Assembly: GCF_036321535.1 (NCBI RefSeq)
Contig: NC_087447.1
Coordinates: 28,458,001-28,522,000 of the forward strand
Direction: 5' to 3'
Source: Camelus dromedarius
Taxonomy: Eukaryota
Length of the DNA: 64,000 nucleotides
Made by a program: the position numbers and the translations under genes. Below, piece by piece: positions 51,792-63,338 of this stretch (position 1 is its first letter; every line of letters begins with the position of its first letter). The notes under the pieces were generated by a model. It was not told the origin of the DNA and made no database searches. It saw only the letters and a program-made list of their open reading frames with translations.

Positions 51792-52305
51792 TGCTAAGCA
51801 AAGGAAGCAGCAGGTGCAAAGGTCCAGAGGCAAGAGTCATATTTGGGGATCTCAAAGCAATTGTTACCAAATTTCAAGGTGGGGATGGTAGTGAAAGTTG
51901 ACAACGGAGAGATAGGATTTGAGGGGTAGATCTGGAAAGGTCTTGGATGATATTGAAGGATTTAGACTTTATTCTGAGATCAGAAAAGAACTGGAGACTA
52001 TAAAAGGGTAGGGAGAGAGGTGTGTAATATTTATATTTCATTAGTATCTCTTTGGCTGCAGATCAGAGAAGGAATGAGAGACAGCCAAGGCTGAATGACA
52101 GCAAAGGAACCAGTTAGGAGGCTGCTTCAGAAAAAGAGGCTGATGGAAGGAAATGCATTGGAGAGACATTTAGGATGAGAATCCATGAACTGAATTGACT
52201 CATTACCACCGGTAAGGGACAGAGAAGAGGCAGAATGAATGATATTCCAGGTTTAGGCTTAGACAATGGTGACATGCCCTAAAATAGGGACCGGAGGAAG
52301 GGGAA
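51466..52305 (-). mobile_element. L2 3' region with expanded (TTCA)n tail (51466-51517) and internal A31 (51759-51789)
   Basis: ttcaacagcattcattgagcc...ggtgcaaaggtccagaggc...gactttattctgag...ttccaggtttaggc. Confidence 0.8.
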
Positions 52306-54157
52306 CAAATCTGTTCATAACAGATTTGGAATCTAGCATAATGTGTAGAAGTTCTGGAATCTCCCAAAGCAGCTTAGGTAGGCTTTGGAAGGCGTCAAGC
52401 AAATAACTGGATGCTTTCCTTAGGCGAGAGTTAGACATGTTGATTTCACATTTATTAACAAGGAAACAAATGGATCATAAATACAGTAATGTGAAGCTCT
52501 ACTTTATAGTTTAAAATTTTAATTTTTTTTCATGGAGACCTTGAAGCATACTGAAAAGAAGATAAAGTTTTTATAGCAGTGACTTTTCTGAGCTACCTTT
52601 GAAGTCTCTTCCTCTAGAGTAATTTAGACTCTGGACTCTGGAGGGAGCAGGGCTTTTTCAGTTTCTCTCAGGCAGCCAAAATGAGGATTGAGATCTTCAT
52701 CAAAGCCAGAAGAGAGTGAGGAAGGGCCAGGTACAGATCTATAGAACACTCGGAAGGCATTCAGCTATTTATCCCCAAAGTGTGGCTGTTTACAATCCTT
52801 ATTGCAAAGACAAATTAGAAAAAGATGTTAAACAGATGAGATGGCAGTCATCAAAATGATTACAATAAAAGAGCAGAGATAATACAAAATAAAAAAATCA
52901 TAAAAAGAATCCTGAATGATAATTAAATAAAAAAAATAGGTTAAGGTATTACTTCTTGAGGGAGGTCTACAAGGAAAGGCCCCCCAAAAGATCACCCCAG
53001 GCAGATATTCTTAGGCAGAATCAGCTAATTCTTCTTCATGGTAAACAGTTCTAATGTCTCTGAAAGTCACTGATTCCCTAAATTAGGGATTTCATTAGAC
53101 TGAAACCACAAATATGGCTGTCTCACATTCACTTGAAATCAGTAGATTTTTGTCAAAATTAAAATGACAAGACACACCACTGGGCATATCATTTATTGGG
53201 GAAGGAATTACACCAAATTAAAATCTTCTGTTTGCTGTAATGAAAACTTGTTGGCTATTTTTAAAACAGAGATTGATAATGACTTCCTCTTGACAGCTGT
53301 CCATGTGCACTAATTTTTGGTCACCCTGGTCCAATGGAAATCTTTGCAGTTAAAAAGACTTCATATAAGTTACTGCTCTCAAGTGTTTCTAATTCTGTTC
53401 AATTCAATGTGAGAGAAGCTGTTTAGGGGGAAGATGCTGGTCTTTCCAAAGTTAGTGTTCTGAAAACACGTTGTTGTGGTTAGTGAGCATTATACGAGCC
53501 ATCTAAATTTAGCAAACACTTTCATTCCCTTACCCAAGCCCACCCACAACAGTGAATGAAACTTTGATTTCCTCCACACTCATCTGGATAATGTAAACCC
53601 CTCGGGTTCTACAAAGCCTGTGAGCAAGAGAGCTAAATGCAGAAATGTCAGGAAAATATGTAACCTCTGGACCTAAAGAAGGGTGGGGTGGGGGCAACTC
53701 AGCCTCCACTGACTAATTCAAATTGGTTTTTAAACTGTTTCTCACCTTATCCACATCAGGTCTTCTTTGTTTGCCCAGAGAGCACCTGGAAAGATGCCTA
53801 ATTCAGGGAAGCTAGCTTGCTGTTTATCTGAGGAGCTGGACCTCAGCGTTCACGGTGTCTCACCTTTGAGCTGAAGGTCAGTGCAGGACTTCAGAGCTTC
53901 CCTCCATGTTGATGACTTTGAGGGCAGTCATGCTTTCTTAAAGGCTTAAAATTGTGTAGGCTTTAAGTGGAGCTTGGATTACTGAGGTTGAATGGAAGCT
54001 GTCATACGGTATAGGACTGCAGCGGAGAAAAGAGGAGAAAGTTTTCTTTATACAATGCCACACATAGCATGTTATCAATAAAGGATGGTTGCATAAATAA
54101 ACGGTGGCCATCTCTAAGCAAAAGGCCAAATGTATGATCTAGAATCAAATCTGCATA

Positions 54158-54382
54158 GCAGTTTTTCTCAAACTTTACTGCTTAAGTGCAGCAAAGAATG
54201 TGAGGAGGGAGAGAAAAAGAGAATAATCTAAAGACTAGGTAAAACCAGCTCACTGTAGGAATTTCTTTGAAGTTTTATGTCCTCTCTTAAAAGTTCATGC
54301 AAATTTTATAGTCTATACTGTTCTGTATAAATATTTAGTTTATGACTTCAGGTACCATCTTGACAAACAGTCTGAGAAATGG
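54158..54382. mobile_element. hAT-Charlie MITE-like remnant
   Basis: termini cagtttttctcaaact ... acagtctgagaaatggt resemble MER5-type TIRs. Confidence 0.4.
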
Positions 54383-55109
54383 TAATCTGTCATTCTCTCT
54401 GATCATGTTAACCAAAGAAAAGTTTAGAAAAAGACTTAGGGAAGGACTTATACGTACTTTGAATTTATATACCCCAATGTCTGTTACAAATTACGTGTAA
54501 AATTTATTTTATTTTATTTTTGGCATTTCATTATCAATCAGCAGATGCATTTTGATGTTTTCAAAGATTAGAAAGATTTTATATCTTAATATACTGAATT
54601 CTTTATCATGGTACATAACAAATTAAGTAAGTAGCCTTCTATTAAGCACTTGGTGTGTATCTGTCACTGCTATAGTATTGAATCAGATATTAAACAACTA
54701 ACTAATATTACAGAATACATGCTATGAAAATAATTGATTTTTAAAGAAAAAAAAAAAACCTTGAAATTTGTACACATTGCTTTATAACAACACCTTTGGC
54801 AAATACAATATGAGTGAATTATCTAGAAATTTTCTCCAGAGGAATAAAAATAGTTTCATTTCCCGTTCTTATAGCAGCTGCTACAGGAGAATAAAATTCC
54901 TTTAGTCTTAATACACTGAAAATGATCCACACTTGCACCATAAGTACTGAGTTCTAATACTGAGTATACCTTCAGTACTGAGTTCTAGTTCTGAGTTTTA
55001 GGCAAGTGTGATAAATACTAAAAGAAGTAAATTAGATTTCTATTGTTGAATTAAAGAATGCTTTATTAGTGTTACCCAAAACTTATGGCTGAAACTAGTT
55101 TCTTCCTGT

Positions 55110-55270
55110 GAAATATATATATATGACAAAACATGATTCACAGCACAGATGTAAGTCAAGACTCTAACTGCTCCTATATATATGTGTACACACATATATG
55201 CTTATATATACTTATATATATATATACACTTCACTTCATGTTTATATATATATTTATATTGATACATATT
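55110..55270. repeat. (TA)/(CA)-rich low-complexity tract
   Basis: seen directly. Confidence 0.85.
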
Positions 55271-55299
55271 TTCATGGGGTTATCCCATAACAATACTCT

Positions 55300-55717
55300 A
55301 AGTATAGTGACTTTCATAGGTCATGTTTACCAGGAAGCAGACAAGCAGATTTTTGGGGGAGTACTTGCAAGGACAACACATAGAGGGGAGTGAAGGAAGC
55401 AGAATGGGGCAGGGGGGAAGTCAAACTGCAAAGCAGTCACTGCAAAGGCCCAGTTGATCCTACTGGGAGCTTTACAGCAGGTAAAACCCTGCAGAGCTGT
55501 CCCAAATCAGGGCCAGGAGCAGACTTTTCTATCTCCTTACTGACCAGGGCCATAACCTTGGGTGTGGTGGCTCCCTTTAAGATGAGTCCAGTCTCCCAGG
55601 AGGCCTCAACTCTAAGCTGTTAGTCACCAACACACAGCAGGCAGGGGAACTGGTGCTTCAGTCCTGAAACAGGTGGGATGGGGCATCAGGCCAAGGCACC
55701 ACAGTGACCACTACAGT
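55300..55717 (-). mobile_element. ERVL solo LTR (LTR40/LTR16-like)
   Basis: gtgaaggaagcagaatggggcagggggaag...ctgcagagctgtccc...cttcagtcctgaa...caccacagtgaccactaca. Confidence 0.7.
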
Positions 55718-55754
55718 AACCTCTGCTCAGTCTCCAGGGCTTAGAGAGGAACTC

Positions 55755-55860
55755 AGCTGCTTTTTCCTAGAAGGCACACACAGTATTAATTACCTTGCTG
55801 TCCCCGTGCCTTAACATAGTATTTGACACTACGGAAATGCTTAGTGAAACTTTGCTGACT
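55755..55860 (+). mobile_element. L2 3' end fragment
   Basis: gctgtccccgtgccttaacatagtatttgacac. Confidence 0.5.
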
Positions 55861-57196
55861 GGCATTCCCTTGAAGACCAGAGTCAGGCTTATGTCTCACT
55901 TGACACTAAATTCCAAAGACAAGAAATCTTGGGTCCCTGAATCCTGAAGGCAGAATCAGGTCTCTTTTGAAACCGACAGGAATTGTGGGTAAAGGATAAT
56001 TGCCCGACAATGTCAGAAACTGCAGCATATACAATAGACATGTGGAGGAAACTCCTCAATGGATTTCATGATATTCAGTTTGATTGTAACTATGCCTGAT
56101 CAATAAGGATCAACTCACTGCTTCTACAGATTTCAATAAGTGGTGTGTTTGATGGGGAGGACTCTGTCAAGGTGAAATCTTAAATACGATTATTTTCCAT
56201 AAATGATTTAATCCATCTGCTCATACTTGATGCATATCTATTGTGTATCAGGCTCTGTGATATGTACATAAAGATAAGTAATACATGACTCTTTCATAGT
56301 CCTGGGGAAAGACCAGCGCAAACTAATGATTTTAGGAAATCAAGGTAAGAATTTTGTCGGAAAAGCTATAGGAGCCATGGAACAGCAACAGTGTCATTAA
56401 AAAGATGAAGCATCATTAATATATTTAATGTGTAAAGCTCTCTTTCGGCGGAGAATCTTGTTATAAGAAAAAATCTAATATCTCCAGTGCATGCGGACCT
56501 CCCAGCATGGGAAGATTATAACTGAAAAACTCCATGAAACATTCTAGGAATGCTTTAGTGTTGAGCACTTTTGTCCTCTGCCATCTCCAAGACCGCACTC
56601 CTTTTTACAACTTCCATCCCCCGCTGCTTGTGAGCCAGAGTATGTCAGTGAAATATCAAAAAGAGAACAGAAAAGAAAATTAAACCCAAATATGACTGAA
56701 CATGATTGTCAGAGCTGTGCCAACTGAATGACGCCAAAGGTCACACACATTCCTCAACATTTGTGTTGTTGTGGATGGAAGTTTTTCTAACTCTGCCTGC
56801 TCCTTTCCAACTGCCCCTACAAGGATATTTTTGTTAACCATCTGTTAATTAACAGAATTGGAATGCTCGTGTGTCATGAAACCTGTGACAACCAAATCTA
56901 ATTACTCAAGATCGCTCCTTCTTTCCTTTCCCTCCCTGTCTTCTTCCTTTTCCCCTTCCCTGATTAATCTTTGAGAAAAACACGACAGACAAGGATAATA
57001 AGGCATGATGGACGTCAGACACATAAAGAGGTAACGTATACATTTAAAAATGACCTACGTGCATTGTATGTACATACATATATGCATATATATGATGCAC
57101 AAATATATACATGTATATGTATACATATAAAATGCACACATTCTGTGTTAAATATATGTCATATATATCATATATATTATGCACATATATAATATA

Positions 57197-57535
57197 TGGC
57201 TTCTGAGGAAAGCTGGCCCCTGTGCAGTGAAGTCTTTCAAACAACCCTGAAGAGAGGCCTACATAGAAAGGCCACCTGCCAATCGCCAGCCCCAACTTGC
57301 CAGCCATGTGATTGTGCCACCTTGGAAATAAATCCCCCAGTGCAGTTAAGCTTTCAGATGGCTCCGGCTGACATCTGGCTGCAACCCTGGAAAAACTCCC
57401 AAGGCAGAACTACCCAACAAAGCCATTTCCAAATTCCTGATCCATAGACATTCCCAACAATAATAAATGATTATCATTGCTTTAAGATACTAAGTGTTGG
57501 GGTAATTTGTTATGCAGCAATAGGTAACTAATAGA
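57197..57535 (+). mobile_element. MaLR LTR (MLT1E/F-like), preceded by a (TA/CA) tract (~57060-57195)
   Basis: ccagccccaacttgccagccatgtg...ttaagatactaagtgttggggtaatttgttatgcagcaataggtaactaata. Confidence 0.8.
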
Positions 57536-58489
57536 GTTGGACAAGATTAAATAGGTTAAGGTCACATAAGCTGCTGAGTGAAAAAGAAAAGGGTTGATTT
57601 CAAGGATGAAAACAACAGCAGAAGCTCAGGATGTGTGGGGAGCTAAAAGTGAAGTATATGGCTGAATTTCCTTCTTCTTTAAGGCTGAATAATATTCCAT
57701 TGTATGTATATATGTATATACTATTTTGTCTTTATCTGTCAATGGACATTAGGGTTGCTTTCAACTCTTGGAACTTAACAAATAATGCTTCAATAAATAT
57801 GGGTGTGAAAATATCTTTTCAAGATCCTGTTTTCAATTCTTTTAGATACAGAATCAGAAGTGATTTTGCTGGATCATATGATAATTCTATTTTTAATTTT
57901 TTGAGGAACTTCCATACTGTTTTCCATAGCACTGCACCATCTTACCTTCCCATTNNNNNNNNNNNNNNNNNNNNNNNNNNNNNNNNNNNNNNNNNNNNNN
58001 NNNNNNNNNNNNNNNNNNNNNNNNNNNNNNNNNNNNNNNNNNNNNNNNNNNNNNNNNNNNNNNNNNNNNNNNNNNNNNNNNNNNNNNNNNNNNNNNNNNN
58101 NNNNNNNNNNNNNNGCTTGTTGGCCATTTGTTTATCTCCTCTGGAGAAACATCCATTTAAGTCCCTTGCCTATTTTTTAATCAGGTTGNNNNNNNNNNNN
58201 NNNNNNNNNNNNNNNNNNNNNNNNNNNNNNNNNNNNNNNNNNNNNNNNNNNNNNNNNNNNNNNNNNNNNNNNNNNNNNNNNNNNNNNNNNNNNNNNNNNN
58301 NNNNNNNNNNNNNNNNNNNNNNNGCATAGACGTTTTTAAGTTTGATGTGATCTCACTGGTCAGTTTCCACTTTTGTTGTCTGTGCTTTTGTGTCATATTC
58401 AATAAATCATTACCAAATTCAATATCATGAAGCTTTTTTCCTATGTTTTCTTCTAGGAGTTTTATAGTTTCAGGTCTTACATTCAGATT

Positions 58490-61400
58490 TGTCTTTGTCC
58501 ATTCAGGCTGCTGTTACAAAATACCTTAGACTGGGTGACTGATAAATAACAGAAATGTATTTCTTATAGTTCTGGAGAATGAAAAGTTCAAGGTCAAAGC
58601 ACTGGCAAATTTGGTGTTCAGTGAGAGTCAACTTCCTGGTTCATAGACCGCTGTCCTCACATGGCAGAAGGAGCGAGGGGGCGCTAAGGAGTTTTTTTTA
58701 TAAGAGCATTAATCTCATGCATGAGGGTTCCATTTTCATGACCTAATCATCTCCCAAAGGTCCCACCTCTAAATATCATCACTTTGGGGATTTGTTTTCA
58801 ATGTAAGAATTTTGCAGAAACATAAACATTCAGTTTTTAACACTGGCCCCCCAAATTCATGTACTTCTCACAGGTAAAATACATTCATTAATCCCAGAAG
58901 CCCCCAAAGTCTTAACTTATTCCAGCATCAACTCAAAAATCTAAAGTCCAAAGTCTAATCTAAATTTCATATAAATCAGATATGGGTGAGACTCAAGGTA
59001 CGATTCATCCTGAGGCAAATTCCTTTCCAACTGTGAATCTGTGAAACAAAACACGTTATGTGTTTCCAAAATACAGTTGTGGTAAAGGCAGAGAATATAT
59101 ATTCACATTTCAAAGGGGAGAAATATGAAAGAAAGAAATGACAGGTCTCAGATAATTCCAAAACCTAACAGGGAAAATTCCATTAGATCCTATGTCTCAA
59201 GAACAGTACCCTTTGGCTCATTGCTCTACCTTCGAGACTCATGGGGGTAGCAATGTTACCCCCAAGGCTTGGCAAGATAGCCCCACAGCAGGTCTCTGCT
59301 AAGGCCCACTGCAGTGGTTCTTTTAGGTCAGAACTGAAAGCCCATGGCTCTGGGCAGCTCCATCCTTTGAAACCTAAGCAGAGGCAGCCATGTCCCTGGA
59401 CCCATGTACTCTGAGGGCTGCAGAGATGGCACCACACAGATGCTGCCAAAATTTGCTGCCTGCACCGTGCTGCACTGGGGTCGAGCACAGCAGCACCTGG
59501 GGTGGCTGAAGAGCATGGCGCTGGAGAGCCCTTCATGTGAAGTAGTACTGATGGCAAGGGCTGAGGCTCTGCAAATGCCAAGAATCTTCCCTTTGAAACT
59601 GCCCTGCCTTCTGGGCTTGTGATGGGAGTGGTAGATCTGATGATCTCTGAATTGCCTTCAGGGTCATTCCTCCAGGGTCTTAGAGAATAACTCCTGGCTT
59701 CTGTTGAGATGGCTGATCTCTACCTATTTCATTAAACTGTCTCTTGGTCACACCCTTAGTGTTTCATTTTTTACAATATGGAGAGGCTGAGAATTTAAGT
59801 TCTACTTACTGTTTGTTTGACAATTCCATCTTTAAGTCAGTTCTCTCTTCTCAAATTTTACTATAAGCAGTTAGATGTGCCAAGCCATAGCTTCAATACT
59901 TTGCTTAGAAATAGTTTTAGCTTTAGCTGAATTGGATATTTATATCCAATTTCATTACTTGAAAGTTCCACCTTCCACGAAACACTAACATGACACAATT
60001 CAGCCAAGTTCCTTGTCACTTTATAATAAGGATGACCTTTCCTCCAGTTTCCAATAACATGTTGCTCATTTCCATCTAAGACCTCATCAGAATGGCTTTT
60101 ACTATCCATATTTCTACTAACATTCAGTTCAAGATTATTTAGGTAATCTAAAAAGATTGAGTATTTTTCTGTGGTTCTTTTTTTCTTTCTGGGCTCCCAC
60201 ACGAGTCACCCTTAATGGTCTGTTCATGATAATGTTGGCTTTTTCTAGCATGCACTTTGAAAATCTTCCAGCCTTTACCCATTAACCAGCTCTAAAGCCA
60301 CTTCCCCATTTTTAGGTATTTGTTAAAGAAGCACTGCACTTCTTTTTTTTTTTTTTTTAACATTTTTATTGATTTATAGCAATTTTACAATGCTGTGCCA
60401 AATTCCAGTGTACAGCATAATTTTTCAGTTACACATGAACATATATATATTCATTGTTACATTTTTTTCTCTGTGAGCTACCATAAGATCTTGTATATAT
60501 TTCCCTGTGCTGTACAGTATAATCTTGTTTATCTACTCTACATTTTGAAATCCCAGTCTATCCCTTCCCACCCGCTGCCCCCTTGGGAACCACAAGTTTG
60601 TATTCTATGTCTAAGAGTCTATTTCTGTTTTGTATTTATGTTTTGTTTGTTTGTTTGTTTGTTTGTTTTTAATTTTAAATTCCACATATGAGCGATCTCA
60701 TATGGTATTTTTCTTTCTCTTTCTGGCTTACTTCACTTAGAATGACATTCTCCAGGGCCATCCATGTTGCTGCAAATNNNNNNNNNNNNNNNNNNNNNNN
60801 NNNNNNNNNNNNNNNNNNNNNNNNNNNNNNNNNNNNNNNNNNNNNNNNNNNNNNNNNNNNNNNNNNNNNNNNNNNNNNNNNNNNNNNNNNNNNNNNNNNN
60901 NNNNNNNNNNNNNNNNNNNNNNNNNNNNNNNNNTTTTGGAGTAGGGTTCCTTTTGGATATATGCCCAGGAGCAGGCATATGGTAANNNNNNNNNNNNNNN
61001 NNNNNNNNNNNNNNNNNNNNNNNNNNNNNNNNNNNNNNNNNNNNNNNNNNNNNNNNNNNNNNNNNNNNNNNNNNNNNNNNNNNNNNNNNNNNNNNNNNNN
61101 NNNNNNNNNNNNNNNNNNNNNNNNNNNNNNNNNNNNNNNNNNNNNNNNNNNNNNNNNNNNNNNNNNNNNNNNNNNNNNNNNNNNNNNNNNNNNNNNNNNN
61201 NNNNNNNNNNNNNNNNNNNNNNNNNNNNNNNNNNNNNNNNNNNNNNNNNNNNNNNNNNNNNNTACTGTAACAGAGTACCACAGGTGGGTGGCTTTTATAA
61301 ACAACAGAAATTTACTTCTCACCATTCTGGAGGTTGGGAAATCTAAGATCAAGGTGCCAGCAGATCTGGTGTCTGGTCAAAGTCAGCCAACTACCTGGCT

Positions 61401-61615
61401 CATGAACAGCTGTCTTCTCACTGTGTGCATATAGGGTGGAACAGGTAAGGAAGCTCTCTAGGGTATCTTTTATAAAGGCATTAATCTTATGCATGAAGGT
61501 TCCATCCTCATGACCTAATGATCTCCCAAAAGACCCACCTCTGAATACCATCACATTGGGGATGGGGGTTTAACAGATGAATTTGGGCGAGGGGCACAGA
61601 ATTCAATCTATAGCA
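58490..61615 (-). mobile_element. Complete MLT1A-type MaLR provirus: LTR 58490-58842, internal 58843-~60342, second LTR ~61240-61615
   Basis: two homologous LTRs; TG...CA outer ends; 5-bp TSD AGATT (58485-89) / AGATG (61616-20); the host L1 reads through when the provirus is removed. Confidence 0.9.
60343..61230 (-). mobile_element. Young camelid-type L1 3' end inserted at the MLT1A internal/LTR junction
   Basis: T16 tail 60343-58; same 3' UTR type as 44128-44746; ORF2 end LLGIYPK...FAATWM.LE.VILSEVSQKEKEKYHM.SLICGI; the 5' boundary is hidden in Ns. Confidence 0.9.
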
Positions 61616-62164
61616 AGATGTTTAATCTGTTTTGAGTTACTTTTTATTCTGGAGGTGGACATTCAGTTTTCCCAACACCATTTGTTGAGAGACTATCCTT
61701 TTCCTATTGTGTAGCTTTGGCACTCTTGTTGAAGATAATTTGACCATACACATTAGAATTTATTTCTGGGCTCTTGATTCTGTCCCATTGGTCTACATGT
61801 CTGATTTTATGCCAGTGTTACACTGTTTTGATTACTAATGACTTTATTTTATGTCTTGAAATTAGGAAGTATGACACCTCCAACTTCATTATTCTTTCTC
61901 AAAATTGTTTTGGCTGTTTGGGGTCCTTTGAGTTTCCATATGAATTTTGGGATACTCCTTTTTCTATTTCTGCAAAAAGTGCCATTAGAAACTTGAAATG
62001 GATTGCACCGAATCTGTGGATCATTTGGGTAGCCTGGACATTTTAGCAATATTGTCTTCCAAACAATTAACACGGATGTCTTCCCAATTATTTATCTTTG
62101 ATTTTTCATCACCTTTTCACAGTTTTCAGTGCATGCCTTTTTTCTTTTGTATTAGTTATCTTGT

Positions 62165-62206
62165 TGTGTGTGTGTGTGTATGTGTGTGTATATATATATA
62201 TATATG
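62165..62206. repeat. (TG)n(TA)n compound microsatellite
   Basis: seen directly. Confidence 0.95.
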
Positions 62207-62800
62207 TATTTATTAACCAGGGACTATATTATCAACAATTCGTATATATTACTCAAGTTTTCCTTGTCTCTTTCAACACTATCTTATTTAAGGAGTGTTG
62301 AAGTTTAGGAAAAAACACTATGGCTTGAGCAGGTGGCAGGCACAAGGCTTTGCCAGTAGCCCCAGGTGTCCTCTCACAGTCGCCCACATTAGAGTTGTAG
62401 GCAGCCAGAATCAGTGGAGTTGGTCTCTGTGATTCCCTTACTTCTTGACCTTCTAACCTTAGCTCCCCAGCCTCAGTCTCTCTGTATTAAATGTCTTCCT
62501 GCCTAACGTTACTCCAACGGTTTTGATTTTCCTAACCAAACCTTATTTATTAAACTGAAGATGACTGGAGGAGAGATGGGCCTATGTCCCATCCTCAGAG
62601 AACATGCCCATGCATTACCATCAAGAAGAGACAGAGGTCTCCTGAGCTGCATTTCAGGACGTGGCAGAAAATGAAAACTCCTTGTGACAGTGTGGAAGGA
62701 CCCTCATGTCAGTGCCTGAAATACCTCTTCCCAAATGAAGGCTGCAGGAAATTCCAAGTGCCCCTGCTTTGAGGGTTTGGCCCTCCCTAAGGCTGATGGA

Positions 62801-63338
62801 TTAGGGCTCACTCTGGAGCTCATCTCTTCTCATTTGGAAAAACTGTCCCAAAGGCTCCCCAGAAAAGTAGGACTGGAACTGCAGGGGCTCCTCATACCTT
62901 TGGGGCTGAGATGAGAAACCCGGATTGGGCTCCATTATGGAGCAGGTGTTCTTCACTTTCTGGAAGGCCTGTGCCAGGCCAAGGCCTTGGTGCTACAATA
63001 GGTGGGTAGTACATAAGACATTGGAGCAACTGTCATCTTTCTTACAGTAGACAAGGCAGGTTGCACCCAGTGCACACTGCAGCCTTCATGGTGGCTAAGG
63101 TGGGCTCCACGAGAACTAGCAGATCCTTGGCTGGTCATCAAACCCTGGCATTCCAAGGTCAGCTACACCCAGGTGGTCAGGGCCAGGCTGCTAGCATGAG
63201 ACACTGATGCAGCAGCTCTGTCATGGTCACTGAGCATAAGTTCCTGGAAAATAGCAAAAGGACTATGTGAGCCAATGACAATGGTACAGGTAGGGAGGCC
63301 CCAGTGGCCTCCCAGCAACAGGTTTTTTCCAGGTCCAT
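62801..63338 (-). pseudogene. DUSP28: Processed pseudogene of dual-specificity phosphatase 28
   Basis: manual minus-strand translation across frameshifts: ATG 63338; QPGP...GVADL.MP.FDD / PAKDLL..VEPT.A.MKAAV / CLVYCKKDDSCS..LCT..LL*HQGLGLAQAFQKVK...EPNPGFSSQ.Q.YEE.LQ.QS..GEP; about 40/69 identical to human DUSP28 as recalled (CLVYCK to GEP); in-frame stops, at least 3 frameshifts, no intron. Confidence 0.9.

Noticed and set aside
53503-53512. MEF2 consensus as a stand-alone regulatory call
   Set aside because: A few such AT-rich 10-mers are expected by chance in 64 kb; mentioned only as context.
60675-61434. Long ORFs of 168-248 aa containing X runs (also at 36635, 46341 and 57631)
   Set aside because: They stay open only because N codons hide stops; the readable parts are L1 ORF2 ends or antisense repeat sequence.
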